Assembly: GCA_040389905.1 (NCBI GenBank)
Contig: JAZJZK010000012.1
Span: 94,929 to 158,928, forward strand
Source: Gemmatimonadota bacterium
Lineage (GTDB): Bacteria > Gemmatimonadota > Gemmatimonadetes > Gemmatimonadales > Gemmatimonadaceae
Direction of reading: 5' to 3'
DNA length: 64,000 nt
The notes beneath the pieces were generated by a model that was not told the DNA's origin, ran no database searches, and saw only the letters and a program-made list of their open reading frames with translations. Positions 8,575 to 18,506 of the stretch are shown one piece after another (within the stretch, counting starts at the first letter, position 1; each line of letters begins with the position of its first letter). The position numbers and the translations under genes are program-made.

Positions 8575-10971
8575 ATGCAACGCCGAGGGAGCGCCTCTTG
8601 CGCAGCGCTTTTGCTCGCGCCGGCGCTGCTGACGGCGCAATCGCTGCGCGGCCTCGTCGTCGATGGATCGGGTGCTCCCGTTGTGGGTGTCGTCGTTCAG
8701 ATGACGGACAGCACTGCGACGACCGTTTTCTCGCGCGTGCTGAGCAATGCGCGAGGCGAATACCGGCTCGTGGCTCCTGCGGCGGGGAGCTATCGCGTAC
8801 GAACGCTTCGCATCGGCTTTCGCCCACTCGTCTCCGATGCGGTGACGCTGGCCGCCGGCCAGGAAGTCACCCAGCGTCTCACGGTCGACGGGGTCGTCTT
8901 CGCACTGGATACGGTGCGAGTCATCGGCCGAAACAGCTGCCGGTCGTTCGGCGACGCGGGTGCGTCCACCTTCGCAGTGTGGGAGCAGGTTCGCACGGCG
9001 CTGACCAACGCGCAGATGACGGTCGGTGCGCGAAGCATTTCAGCAACCACGGTGTCGTTCGCACGTACGTTGGAGCCAGACCTCCGACGAGTGCGAGACC
9101 AGCGCATGCAGGTGCGCACGGACTTCGTCGCGCAACCGTGGGTCGGCATCACACCCGATAGCCTTCATCGCGTCGGATACGTCACGACCGACGCGGAGAA
9201 CGCAACGAACTATTACGCGCCGGGATTCGAGGTGCTGTTGTCCGACATATTCGTCACCGACCATTGCTTCAAGTTGCGACGCGACGACAAGCGGCTCGGC
9301 ATCGAGTTCGAGCCGGCACCTGAACGGAAGGACATTGCGGACCTTCGAGGAACGCTGTGGCTCGACCGTGCAACGGCAGAGCTGAGGCGACTGGAATTCC
9401 GGTACGTCAACGTGTCGTTCGAGCAGGAAGACAATGCGCGCGGCGAGATGGATTTCGTCCGCATGAGGGATGGTGGCTTCGCCATCGCTCGGTGGAGCAT
9501 TCGGATGCCCGTCCTCGAGCTCGACATCAGGCGCGGAGCGCGGAACGGCGCGGGAACACGCATTACCGCAATTCGATTCAGTGGCGGAGAACTGTCACTC
9601 GCTCGGCGAGGAGCTGACACGCTCTGGTCACGCACCCCACTCGTAGTCACCGGTGTCGTGATGGATTCACTGGCGGGGACTCCGCTGCGTGGCGCATACG
9701 TCGCTCTGATGGGTACGCAGCTCGGCGCGGTGTCGGATGATGACGGCCGCTTCTCGATGTCCGGCGTGATTCCCGGAGAGTACACGGTGCAGGTGAGCAC
9801 TGCGTCGCTCGACTCTGTCGGCGCCATTCATCAATCGACGATCGCGGTCACGGATGGTGCGACACCCGCACGCATTCGTGTTCCGACGGCGAGCCAACTC
9901 GCGGCAACGCTGTGCGGCTCAACCGCTCGCAAGGCGACGGGCATAGTATTCGGCCAACTTCAGGGTGTGCGGGGCGCGTCCAATTCGGATGGCGCCGAAG
10001 TGACCGCCGATTGGACCGAAGTGACACTCGGCGGCGCGAGCGCTCCGGCGCCACGCCACGTCTCCGTCCGGCCGAATGCAACGGGTCAATTTCGCGTCTG
10101 CGACGTTCCACTCGGCATCGCAATCACAATACGGGCAAGCTCCGATAGCTCGGGCGCCGACCCACTCGAGATTCGCATCCCGCCCGACGGTCGCTTCATC
10201 AGGGCCGATGTGTTGCTCGATAAGCCAGCACCCGCCATCGGTGTGTTCGCAGGAATGGTGCTGGCAGACTCGGGCAAGATCCCCATTGCCGACGTCGAAG
10301 TCACATTCCCCGACCTGGCGAGGAGCGCGACCACCAACGAGCGCGGCGCATTTCGTATCGGCGAGATCCCCCGCGGCACTCACCGCGTGCTCGCGCGACG
10401 CTTCGGCTATGGCCCGCTCGACACGAAAATCGAGATCGGTGCGCGACAGACCGTCGTTCGACAGATCCTCTTGTCGCGCGTCGTCACGCTCAATCCTGTT
10501 GCCGTGACCGAACGCGCGGTACTCCCCCTGTTCGAAGAACACCGGCGAATGGGGCTTGGGCAGTTTCTTACGCGCGAGGATCTGGCGAAGCAGGAAGGCC
10601 GGACGATGTCGGCAGTACTGACCTCACTTCGCGGTCTGCAGATCAGGAAAGGCGTCTCGAATTACGCGTGGGTCATTTCGAATCGTGGCGTTCGCGCCGG
10701 CGCGGGGCAGGCGACGTTCGACATCTTCGACTTGAAGAAAGGCGCGAAACCGGGGTGCTATGCTCAGGTGTATATCGATCGGAACATGGTCTACCGCGCG
10801 CGCACGGCTTCACCGAGCAACCCTGAGCCGTTGTTCGATATCAACTCTATCAAGGTCGAATCGATCGAGGCCATAGAATACTACGCTGGTCCGTCACAGA
10901 CACCGATGGAGTATGGCGGGGCCGATTCCATTTGCGGCGTTCTCGTCATCCACACTCGCCGCACGCCCTGA
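8575..10971 (+). CDS. secreted CarboxypepD_reg-like repeat protein with C-terminal TonB-plug-like domain (paralogue A2)
   Basis: Collinear with A1 (YYAPG, DHCF, RGTLWLDRAT, FEEHRRMGLGQFLTREDL, CGVLVIHT); signal peptide; 1 nt after the A1 stop. Confidence 0.88.
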   Translation: MQRRGSASCAALLLAPALLTAQSLRGLVVDGSGAPVVGVVVQMTDSTATTVFSRVLSNARGEYRLVAPAAGSYRVRTLRIGFRPLVSDAVTLAAGQEVTQRLTVDGVVFALDTVRVIGRNSCRSFGDAGASTFAVWEQVRTALTNAQMTVGARSISATTVSFARTLEPDLRRVRDQRMQVRTDFVAQPWVGITPDSLHRVGYVTTDAENATNYYAPGFEVLLSDIFVTDHCFKLRRDDKRLGIEFEPAPERKDIADLRGTLWLDRATAELRRLEFRYVNVSFEQEDNARGEMDFVRMRDGGFAIARWSIRMPVLELDIRRGARNGAGTRITAIRFSGGELSLARRGADTLWSRTPLVVTGVVMDSLAGTPLRGAYVALMGTQLGAVSDDDGRFSMSGVIPGEYTVQVSTASLDSVGAIHQSTIAVTDGATPARIRVPTASQLAATLCGSTARKATGIVFGQLQGVRGASNSDGAEVTADWTEVTLGGASAPAPRHVSVRPNATGQFRVCDVPLGIAITIRASSDSSGADPLEIRIPPDGRFIRADVLLDKPAPAIGVFAGMVLADSGKIPIADVEVTFPDLARSATTNERGAFRIGEIPRGTHRVLARRFGYGPLDTKIEIGARQTVVRQILLSRVVTLNPVAVTERAVLPLFEEHRRMGLGQFLTREDLAKQEGRTMSAVLTSLRGLQIRKGVSNYAWVISNRGVRAGAGQATFDIFDLKKGAKPGCYAQVYIDRNMVYRARTASPSNPEPLFDINSIKVESIEAIEYYAGPSQTPMEYGGADSICGVLVIHTRRTP

Positions 10972-12921
10972 CTACGGGGCTCTCGGGTCCTCTATGGATT
11001 CGAGCGCTCGTCGGGCTTGCTCGAGCCCTTGATCGAGTTCCAGCGCGCGGTTGAGATAGACGCGCGCCTCGGTGCGTTTGCGCGCAATCAGCATTGCCCG
11101 GCCGGCCATCACATAGGCGCCAACCGTGTCACCGGCATTCGACGTGGCCGACGCCGCCGTCTTGACTGCGTCGGCCGTGCGACCCGTCTGTGCGTACGCG
11201 GCGCTCAGCAGCGCCAATCCGAGCGCGCTCGGCTCCGCCGATGCGGCGGGTTCGAGGTACCTGAGCGCGACACTGCCCTTGCCCTGCCCCACGAGCAGGT
11301 CACCGAGGGACCACAGAAGCCGCCGGTCCGCGCCACCCAACCGGTCCACGTACGGCATGGCCGCTTCCGCCGACCCTCGCGCGACGTATGCGCGCGCGAG
11401 TCCGTCGACCGCATCGAGATTGCTCGGCCGCAGCCGCGCTGCGTGCCCGTACGCGTCGATCGCCTCATCCCACCGAGATTGCACGAACGACAGCAATCCC
11501 AACGTCTGCCATGCGGCGAAATAGGTCGAATCGATTTCGATGGCCTTTCGAAAGTATCCCGTCGCCTCCGCAAATCGCTCGGGACCGCTTTCGAACAGTG
11601 ACATCCCGGCGCCCACGTAGGCCCGCGGGTTCGACGGCGCCTTGGCGATCGTGTCGCGGTGCAACGCGTCCGGGTCCGCGTACGTGAGGCCACGGGCGAA
11701 CGTGCACCCCATCAACACGACGACGAGCGATGCCGCGAGGATGCCGTGCAGCTGTGGCTTCAGGCGCCAGGCCTTCGCAAGGCGCTCGAGCGTGAGCACG
11801 ACGAGGAGAAACACGGCCGCACTCGCCAGATAGATGCGACGCTCCGCGGCGATCTCGGTGCTGATGGGAACGAAACTCGACGACGGCGCGAGAATGAGAA
11901 AGAACCATGCGCCCACGAAGCCGGCCCACAGAACGCGAGGCTTCGTCCATGCGATCACGGTCGCAATGCCGCACGCAGCGAGCAGCACGAGGCCAGGCAC
12001 AGCGCGTGCGCCCGTAATCGGTGCCTCGCCATAGTCGAACGTCAGACCATTCGGCCACGCGATGAGCCGGAGATAGTGCGCGATCGCCCACATCTGCGAG
12101 GAGAAGTACTGGTACGACGAGAGGCCAAGGTGCGTGCCGACGCTGTCGCTGCGTGCGTTTGCCGCCACCGCCATGAAGACGAGCCCCGCGACGACGATGA
12201 GCGCCGCGTAGAACGCGAGTCGCGCACTGCCGAGCAGCGATCGCCACGACGTCGTTCGAAAGGCCCGGTCATACAGCACGACGAGGATGGGCGCCGTCAC
12301 CATGACTTCCTTGCTCGCCATACCGACCGCCATCAGAACGATCGCCAGTGCGTACCAGAAGAAGCGCAGCTCGCCCTTGGCATCCCACGCTCGCATCGAA
12401 GCGTAGAGCACGCCCAGATAGCACGCCGAAACAATCAGCTCCGTACGCTGAATGACGTAGTCCACGGCCTCCGTTTGGATCGGGTGCAGAAGCCAGAGCA
12501 ACGTCGTGAGGCCGGAGATCACCGTGGCATCTGCGGTATCGCCACGCATGCTGGTGAGCGTTCGCCGCAGCAACGCGAACAGCAGCATGCCGCAGACGAG
12601 GTGAACGAGCACGTTGAGCGCGTGATAGCCGATGGTGCCGTTCCGCCCGCGCTGGTCGACGCCGAACGCGTCGTTGATGGCGTAGTTCAGCGCCAGCGAC
12701 AGGTTGACGACCGGACGCCCGGATACCGACGTGCTGGGCGGTGGTGAAAACGGCACCGCGATGGGCGTCAACTGTCGAATCGATGCGTTCCGCCTGATGG
12801 CGGACAGGTCATCGAATTCGAACGGCGCTCGAACTGCGGATGAGAACGCGATGATGGTCGTTACGACGAACGTGACGACCCACACTCGCGGAGAGTACCA
12901 GGGGAATGCCTTCTGACTCAC
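10972..12921 (-). CDS. TMTC-like GT-C membrane glycosyltransferase with C-terminal TPRs
   Basis: FEFDD, GRP, HPIQTEAVDYVIQR, SKE, AERRIYL motifs; multiple TM segments then TPRs. Likely GTG start at 12921 just after the upstream TAA. Confidence 0.82.
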   Translation of the reverse strand: MSQKAFPWYSPRVWVVTFVVTTIIAFSSAVRAPFEFDDLSAIRRNASIRQLTPIAVPFSPPPSTSVSGRPVVNLSLALNYAINDAFGVDQRGRNGTIGYHALNVLVHLVCGMLLFALLRRTLTSMRGDTADATVISGLTTLLWLLHPIQTEAVDYVIQRTELIVSACYLGVLYASMRAWDAKGELRFFWYALAIVLMAVGMASKEVMVTAPILVVLYDRAFRTTSWRSLLGSARLAFYAALIVVAGLVFMAVAANARSDSVGTHLGLSSYQYFSSQMWAIAHYLRLIAWPNGLTFDYGEAPITGARAVPGLVLLAACGIATVIAWTKPRVLWAGFVGAWFFLILAPSSSFVPISTEIAAERRIYLASAAVFLLVVLTLERLAKAWRLKPQLHGILAASLVVVLMGCTFARGLTYADPDALHRDTIAKAPSNPRAYVGAGMSLFESGPERFAEATGYFRKAIEIDSTYFAAWQTLGLLSFVQSRWDEAIDAYGHAARLRPSNLDAVDGLARAYVARGSAEAAMPYVDRLGGADRRLLWSLGDLLVGQGKGSVALRYLEPAASAEPSALGLALLSAAYAQTGRTADAVKTAASATSNAGDTVGAYVMAGRAMLIARKRTEARVYLNRALELDQGLEQARRALESIEDPRAP

Positions 12922-12922
12922 C

Positions 12923-14872
12923 TTACGGTTCCACGATTTCGATAACGGAGCCGTTTGCGGCGGGGCCAGCGATCGACTGCGACTTGCCTGAGGGCCAGCG
13001 CACCTCGATCGAGGCTGCGCGTGTCGCGTCGCCAAGACCGAAGTAGAGCGGGCCGTCGCTCAGCGAGAGGTAGCCCGACTTCCCGTCCATCCCCTTGAGG
13101 ATGCGGCGGCCATCTGGCAGAACGACGGTCACCTGCGCACCGAGCCCCTGCCGATTGGAGCGCGTCCCTCGCAACCTGACCTTGATGACGTTGATCTTCT
13201 TCTTGGTCGAGAGGTCGCTGATCAGGATCTGCGGCGCGGCATTGAATTCGTTGGTGACGATGTCGAGGTCACCATCGCCGTCGAGATCGAGCAGGAGCGA
13301 CGACCGCGTCCCGCGAGCGCCCATGATCGTGTACTTGTCGCTCCCCTCGTCGTGGCAACCCTTTGCCTGCGCCTCGGGGCCCTTGCAGTAGCCGCAATAA
13401 AGGTGGGATTTGTCGGCGCCATTGCAGTCGATGGTGAACCACGGCTGCTCGGTCGCGCCCGCCGCACGTGGTTCCACGCCGACGATGAATTCACTCGGCA
13501 GGAAATGCTTTCCCGACTCGTTGAGGAGCACCGAGTTCACGGCGTAGCGAAAGGGAAAATTCATGCTGTTCGCGACGAAGAGATCGTCCCACCCATCGGC
13601 GTTGAGATCGTCCGCGCTGGGGCCCCACGGCCAGTAGGTTTCGACGCCCGCCGCGTCGGAGACCTCCTCGTAGGTGTTGTCGCCCTTCCCCGAACCGCGA
13701 TTGGCGAAGAGCGCGTTGCCGAACATGGAATGCACGTGTCGGTCCGGGAACAGATCGGCGGGCATGAGGTTGGGGTCGGACTTCTGCGCCTCACCAGCCC
13801 ATTCCCCCACCTTGATGTCCTTGAACATGTCCGAGTGCATGTCCGTGACATACAGGTCGAGCTGACCGTCGCCGTTGTAGTCGAAGACCTTGGCGCCCAT
13901 GGCACCCCACGGCGTCTTGGGAAAGTATGTGTCGGTCGCGTCGCGAAAGGTCTTGCCGTCCTTGTTCAGCCACAGGTGGTTCTGACCCTGCATGTCGAGC
14001 AGATACAGGTCCGGTCGGCCGTCGTTGTTCGCGTCAAGCACCACCGCATCCCCACTCCAGCTGAAGTCGACCAGTTCACTCTCCTGGGTGACGTCGGCGA
14101 ACTTGCCGCCACCGAGATTGTGGTACAGGATGCTGGCCTCGGCGCGATCTGGAAACGTGTGCCCATGAAATGCATCGCGCAGTCCGATGTAGTATCCACC
14201 GGGGCCGAGATCCTCCGTGGTATACGTTCCCACATTGGCCACGAAGAGATCGAGCAGCCCATCGCCGTCGTAGTCGAAGAAGACGGCGCCGGACGAGTGG
14301 CCCGAGAATTGGACGCCTGCGGCGGCCGTCGTTTCCGCGAACTTGCCGCCGCCCACGTTGTGATACAGGTGATTTCCATGACGCACCGTGGTCACGAACA
14401 GGTCGGGGCGACCGTCATTGTCGATGTCGGCGAAGGCACATCCGACGCCGATGGCGTCGTTCGAGCGAAGGCCGGCGGCGTCCGTGATGTTGGAGAACGT
14501 GCCCCCTCCCTGGTTTCGCCATAGCTCGCTCGAGCCGCGCTGCGTCACGAAGTAGAGATCGGACAACCCATCGCCATCCACGTCGCCGGTGCAAATTCCG
14601 GTGCCGTGATCATAATGGACGGCCTTGTAGTCCCGGCCGGCGTCATCCACAATCTGGTTGACGAACGTGATCCCGCTTTCACGGACACGATCGGCGAACG
14701 CAAAATCGTGAAAAGCGGGGGATTTCTCAGCGAGCGTTCGCTCCTCACGCGTACGGTCGGCGACCCACGCCGGGAGAGGTTGTGTATCGTGGCCGGCGGC
14801 CTGACAGCCCACAGCGGGCAGGAGTGCAACGAGCAGCAAGCGCGAGACGCGCGATAATTCGACGTATGCCAT
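12923..14872 (-). CDS. CRTAC1-family FG-GAP / ASPIC-UnbV protein (probable lipoprotein)
   Basis: Repeated D.DGDG..DL motifs; C-terminal SNRQGLGAQV...GYLS...YFGLG...IEVRWPSG; LLPAVGC lipobox-like. Confidence 0.9.
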   Translation of the reverse strand: MAYVELSRVSRLLLVALLPAVGCQAAGHDTQPLPAWVADRTREERTLAEKSPAFHDFAFADRVRESGITFVNQIVDDAGRDYKAVHYDHGTGICTGDVDGDGLSDLYFVTQRGSSELWRNQGGGTFSNITDAAGLRSNDAIGVGCAFADIDNDGRPDLFVTTVRHGNHLYHNVGGGKFAETTAAAGVQFSGHSSGAVFFDYDGDGLLDLFVANVGTYTTEDLGPGGYYIGLRDAFHGHTFPDRAEASILYHNLGGGKFADVTQESELVDFSWSGDAVVLDANNDGRPDLYLLDMQGQNHLWLNKDGKTFRDATDTYFPKTPWGAMGAKVFDYNGDGQLDLYVTDMHSDMFKDIKVGEWAGEAQKSDPNLMPADLFPDRHVHSMFGNALFANRGSGKGDNTYEEVSDAAGVETYWPWGPSADDLNADGWDDLFVANSMNFPFRYAVNSVLLNESGKHFLPSEFIVGVEPRAAGATEQPWFTIDCNGADKSHLYCGYCKGPEAQAKGCHDEGSDKYTIMGARGTRSSLLLDLDGDGDLDIVTNEFNAAPQILISDLSTKKKINVIKVRLRGTRSNRQGLGAQVTVVLPDGRRILKGMDGKSGYLSLSDGPLYFGLGDATRAASIEVRWPSGKSQSIAGPAANGSVIEIVEP

Positions 14873-14928
14873 GACTCATGAAGAAAGTTGACCAGCGCTT
14901 CCTCATGTCTACGCAGAGCGCCCTGTGA

Positions 14929-16887
14929 GTGATGCATGTCGCCAGCGTGATGGTACGATCGTACATTATCGGCATCATGCCCAGGCAACGGCGGAGTCCC
15001 CGCGATCGCACGCGCACATCGCATACCTTCAGACCCGATCGTTCTGTACTCGAACGGCTCTCGTGGCTGTTTCCACTCCTCGTCGCGGGAATCACGTTCA
15101 TCGCGTTCTTCCCGGCGCTGCGCAACGGCTTCGTCGTCTGGGACGACGACAAGAACTTCCTCAACAATCCGCATTACAGGGGCCTTGGCCTCACCCAGCT
15201 GCACTGGATGTGGACCACCGCTGCCCTTGGACACTACGTACCGCTCTCGTGGATGACGCTCGGTCTCGATTTCGAGATCTGGGGCATGCAACCGCTGGGC
15301 TACCACCTGACGAACATCCTGCTCCATTGCGCGAATGCCGTGCTCGTCTACTACGTGTGCATGCGGCTGATTCGGTATGCGCGCCTCAGGAAGGGTGACG
15401 AGTGGTCGCTGGTCGTTGGTTCGACGTTCGCGGCGCTGCTCTTCGCGGTGCATCCTCTCCGCGTCGAGTCCGTCGTCTGGGTCACGGAGCGCCGGGACGT
15501 CCTCTCCATGCTGTTTTTCCTCGGGAGCCTGCTTTCGTACCTGCGGGCCGCCCGCGCGCGCACGGCGAGGCGAGGCGCCTACTGGCTCTCTGTTGTGCTG
15601 TTCGCGTGCGCGCTGCTCTCGAAGGCCACCGCCATGGTGCTCCCCGCGGTCCTGATCGTCCTCGAAATCTATCCGCTCAGGAAGCTCGGGAACGCCCTGC
15701 CGTCGAAGGATGTCACGCCGAAGCGCATCTACCTCGACCTAGTGCCCTTCGTGCTACTCTCCGGCGCGGGCATGATCCTCTCGACCTTCGCCCTCCACCG
15801 GCCGGCGCAGCTTCCGCATACGGGCAAGATCGCCGTCTCGGCGTATAGCCTGTGCTTCTATCTGCTGAAGACGTTCGTGCCGATCGATTTGTCGCCGCTT
15901 TACCAGATGCCGCTTCAGGTCAACCCGCTGGCGTCACAATACGTGGCCAGCTACCTCGGCGTGGTGGCGCTCATGCTGGCGGCATTGGCTGCGCAGCGGC
16001 GTTTTCCGGCAGTTCCGGCTGCCATCTTCGCCTTCATCGCCGCCACGCTGCCGATGCTCGGCGTCGTGCAGAATGGGCCGCAGATCACCGCTGACCGTTA
16101 CACCTACTTTGCGGCGCCGGCGCTTTCCATCCTCGTGGGCGCCACCATGACGCTCGAAGGCCTGGCACCCCGCGTCCTTCGGATCGCCAGCACACTCGCC
16201 GTCATCGTGCTGGGCTATCTCACCTGGCAGCAGAGCAAGGTGTGGCATGATACCGGCTCATTGTGGGCACAGGCGCTCCTCGTCGATGACAAGTCCTCCA
16301 TTGCGCACAGCGCATGGGCAAGTCACGTGAGCAAACAGGGGCGTATCGCGGAAGCACTGGAGCACAGCCAACTCGCCGTGGCCCTCTCGCCCGGAGACCC
16401 CGAAGCGCACAACGCGCTGGGCGTTGCATTGGCGCGGCAAGGCAAGGTCGACGAGGCGATCCCGCATTTCCAGCGCGCCTTGGCGATCAAGCCGTGGCTG
16501 GATGAAGCGGAGAACAACTGGGGCGTCGCCGTCGCGCAGCAGAACGACCTGGCCGGTGCGATCGAGCACTATCGGCGCGCCGCGGCGCTCAACCCCGACA
16601 ATCCGGAAGTGCACGTGAACTGGGGGAACGCGCTCGTCCGCATGTCGGAACCCGACGAGGCAATTGGGCACTATCAGGAAACACTTCGCATTCGCCCACA
16701 AGACGCGGATGCGGAGCACAATTGGGGCGTCGCGCTCGCCAGGCAGAACGAGTACGAGGAAGCCATCGGCCACTTCCGCCGCGCTCTGATGACGAACCCG
16801 ATGCATGGGGACACGCGGGAGTATCTCGAGCGGGCGACGCAATTGCTTCAGGAACAATCAGCCAAGACAGCGCCGGCGAAACCGTAA
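14929..16887 (+). CDS. TMTC-like GT-C membrane glycosyltransferase with C-terminal TPRs
   Basis: FVVWDD, GYHLTNILLH, HPLRVESVVWVTER, SKA, ADRYTY motifs; clear TPR array (AHNALGVALARQG...). True start may be ATG 14977. Confidence 0.87.
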   Translation: MMHVASVMVRSYIIGIMPRQRRSPRDRTRTSHTFRPDRSVLERLSWLFPLLVAGITFIAFFPALRNGFVVWDDDKNFLNNPHYRGLGLTQLHWMWTTAALGHYVPLSWMTLGLDFEIWGMQPLGYHLTNILLHCANAVLVYYVCMRLIRYARLRKGDEWSLVVGSTFAALLFAVHPLRVESVVWVTERRDVLSMLFFLGSLLSYLRAARARTARRGAYWLSVVLFACALLSKATAMVLPAVLIVLEIYPLRKLGNALPSKDVTPKRIYLDLVPFVLLSGAGMILSTFALHRPAQLPHTGKIAVSAYSLCFYLLKTFVPIDLSPLYQMPLQVNPLASQYVASYLGVVALMLAALAAQRRFPAVPAAIFAFIAATLPMLGVVQNGPQITADRYTYFAAPALSILVGATMTLEGLAPRVLRIASTLAVIVLGYLTWQQSKVWHDTGSLWAQALLVDDKSSIAHSAWASHVSKQGRIAEALEHSQLAVALSPGDPEAHNALGVALARQGKVDEAIPHFQRALAIKPWLDEAENNWGVAVAQQNDLAGAIEHYRRAAALNPDNPEVHVNWGNALVRMSEPDEAIGHYQETLRIRPQDADAEHNWGVALARQNEYEEAIGHFRRALMTNPMHGDTREYLERATQLLQEQSAKTAPAKP

Positions 16888-17970
16888 TCAGGCGCGTTCA
16901 CGTCTGGGGACGTGGGCGAACAGCTCCTTCCGGACCTCCGGATTGCTGATGCGCCAGATCACCCCATCCGTGAAGTAGTGATGGATGTTGATGAACACCA
17001 GAATGAGAATCGGTCCCGCCCGGGACGGCTCCTCACCGAACATGTCGCCGAGCACGAGCATGGCGGCTTTCGGGACGACGAGTGAGATCAGCGCGCTTAC
17101 GACCAGCAGTCCGACGCCATAAGCGGCCATGTGCATGGCGAGTCTGCGGGCTGTCGGCTTTTCCTCGGCGGTCGTCCGGTTGATCTCCACACGGATCGGG
17201 AACGCGAGGTACTGCAACGCGTGCGCGATCTGGATCCAGAACAGTGCCTTGGGGTCGCGCGCAAGCATCGCGTACCAGACGAACAGCGAAACCCATGCGA
17301 CGAGCGACTTGACCGGCGGGCGCTTTCCCGTTCGTCGCCACATCCTGATGAGGCCCACCGCGCCGAGTGCGAATGCAACCACCGTGGCAGCGCTGGCGAG
17401 CAGGTAGATGGGGCGCACACGCGAAGGATCGCGAAGCTGCGTGTAGAGGAACCAGGCGAGGTGCCAGACGAGCAAGACACGCAAGCTCGTACGGATCAGG
17501 CGACGTTCCACAGCGTCGAACGCCGTTCCATCGAGGTAGGCGTACGATGCCATCATGCCCCAGACTTGACCGGTATAGTGCCAAGCCAGGTACGCGCTGC
17601 CCACGGTGATGAGGATGATCACCATGACCCTCGAGCTCTGTGACGCCCACACGGCGACGCAGACGTAGAGGAACAGGATGGCCGGTACGTAGATGGACGC
17701 CCACTTGTGGCGAAGAATCGTTTCCCGGTCGCGATAGACGAGCCGGTAGGACGCCATGAAGTGCGGCATGTTGATGGCCGTGCCGATCCACGCCTGTGCG
17801 CCCGCTCCGATGAGCACCAGGTCGCTGCGCCCGCTCAGGAGCATGGGAACGAACACCAGCAACGACAGCCCACCCACGCACAGAAAGTCGATGACTGGCG
17901 AGAGGATGACGGGGCGCGTGGGCGTCAGTGCCACCGTGGGCGCGCTAGTGGCTCCGCGAGTACGCGCCAT
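16888..17970 (-). CDS. multi-pass membrane protein with His motifs, function unknown
   Basis: Many hydrophobic segments; NMPHF, WHYTGQ, AHALQY, IHHYFTDG.IW motifs. Confidence 0.75.
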   Translation of the reverse strand: MARTRGATSAPTVALTPTRPVILSPVIDFLCVGGLSLLVFVPMLLSGRSDLVLIGAGAQAWIGTAINMPHFMASYRLVYRDRETILRHKWASIYVPAILFLYVCVAVWASQSSRVMVIILITVGSAYLAWHYTGQVWGMMASYAYLDGTAFDAVERRLIRTSLRVLLVWHLAWFLYTQLRDPSRVRPIYLLASAATVVAFALGAVGLIRMWRRTGKRPPVKSLVAWVSLFVWYAMLARDPKALFWIQIAHALQYLAFPIRVEINRTTAEEKPTARRLAMHMAAYGVGLLVVSALISLVVPKAAMLVLGDMFGEEPSRAGPILILVFINIHHYFTDGVIWRISNPEVRKELFAHVPRRERA

Positions 17971-18388
17971 CTGGGACGGTGGAACGTTCGCCTGTTGCCG
18001 AGAGGAGGGTCACCAGGATGGCTCCGCCGGTTGCGGCGGCGCCGAATTCGTTCTCGGACTGCATCGGATTGAGGTACTCCACCTTTTCCACGGAAACCGC
18101 GGCAATCCCTTTGAGCACGTTCAGGTCGCCCGTCTGGCGTACGCGATTCACGTAGACGACGGTTATCCCGATCACACGGCGCGTACCCGTGGGTGTCGTG
18201 AGGAAATGCGGTCGCAGGCTGCGAATGGCCTGATAGAGGTCGACGTTGACCTGAGTCGAAGCGAGCAACTCTTCACGTGTAACGACGTCCTTCTGGCGCT
18301 TGGGAGCTGGGTGCTCCTCCGCACCGGTCTTGGACAGACAACCAGCCAGCAGGCTGAGCGCGACGAGACCTATCCATCCTGCTTTCAT
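17945..18388 (-). CDS. small lipoprotein with stand-alone TonB-plug-like domain
   Basis: ATG 18388 with GGAGG RBS; MKAGWIGLVALSLLAGC; VVTREEL...LYQAIRSLRP...VYVN...VEKVEYL...GGAILVT resembles a TBDR plug core. Confidence 0.72.
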   Translation of the reverse strand: MKAGWIGLVALSLLAGCLSKTGAEEHPAPKRQKDVVTREELLASTQVNVDLYQAIRSLRPHFLTTPTGTRRVIGITVVYVNRVRQTGDLNVLKGIAAVSVEKVEYLNPMQSENEFGAAATGGAILVTLLSATGERSTVPDGAYSRSH

Positions 18389-18425
18389 CGGACTGCCTCC
18401 TGAAAGTTGGCCGGCCTGCAAGGGC

Positions 18426-18462
18426 AAAGGGCCGCCGGACATGAATGCCCGACGGCCCCTTG
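18426..18462 (-). terminator. probable intrinsic terminator after the susC-susD-lipoprotein-DUF4397 operon
   Basis: Minus strand GGGCCGTCGGGCAT-TC-ATGTCCGGCGGCCC followed by TTTG, about 45 nt after the 18507 stop; short U tract. Confidence 0.6.
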
Positions 18463-18506
18463 TTCTCAAGCGAGAACCCAGTTCACACTCGACTACCCAC
18501 GAGAGG

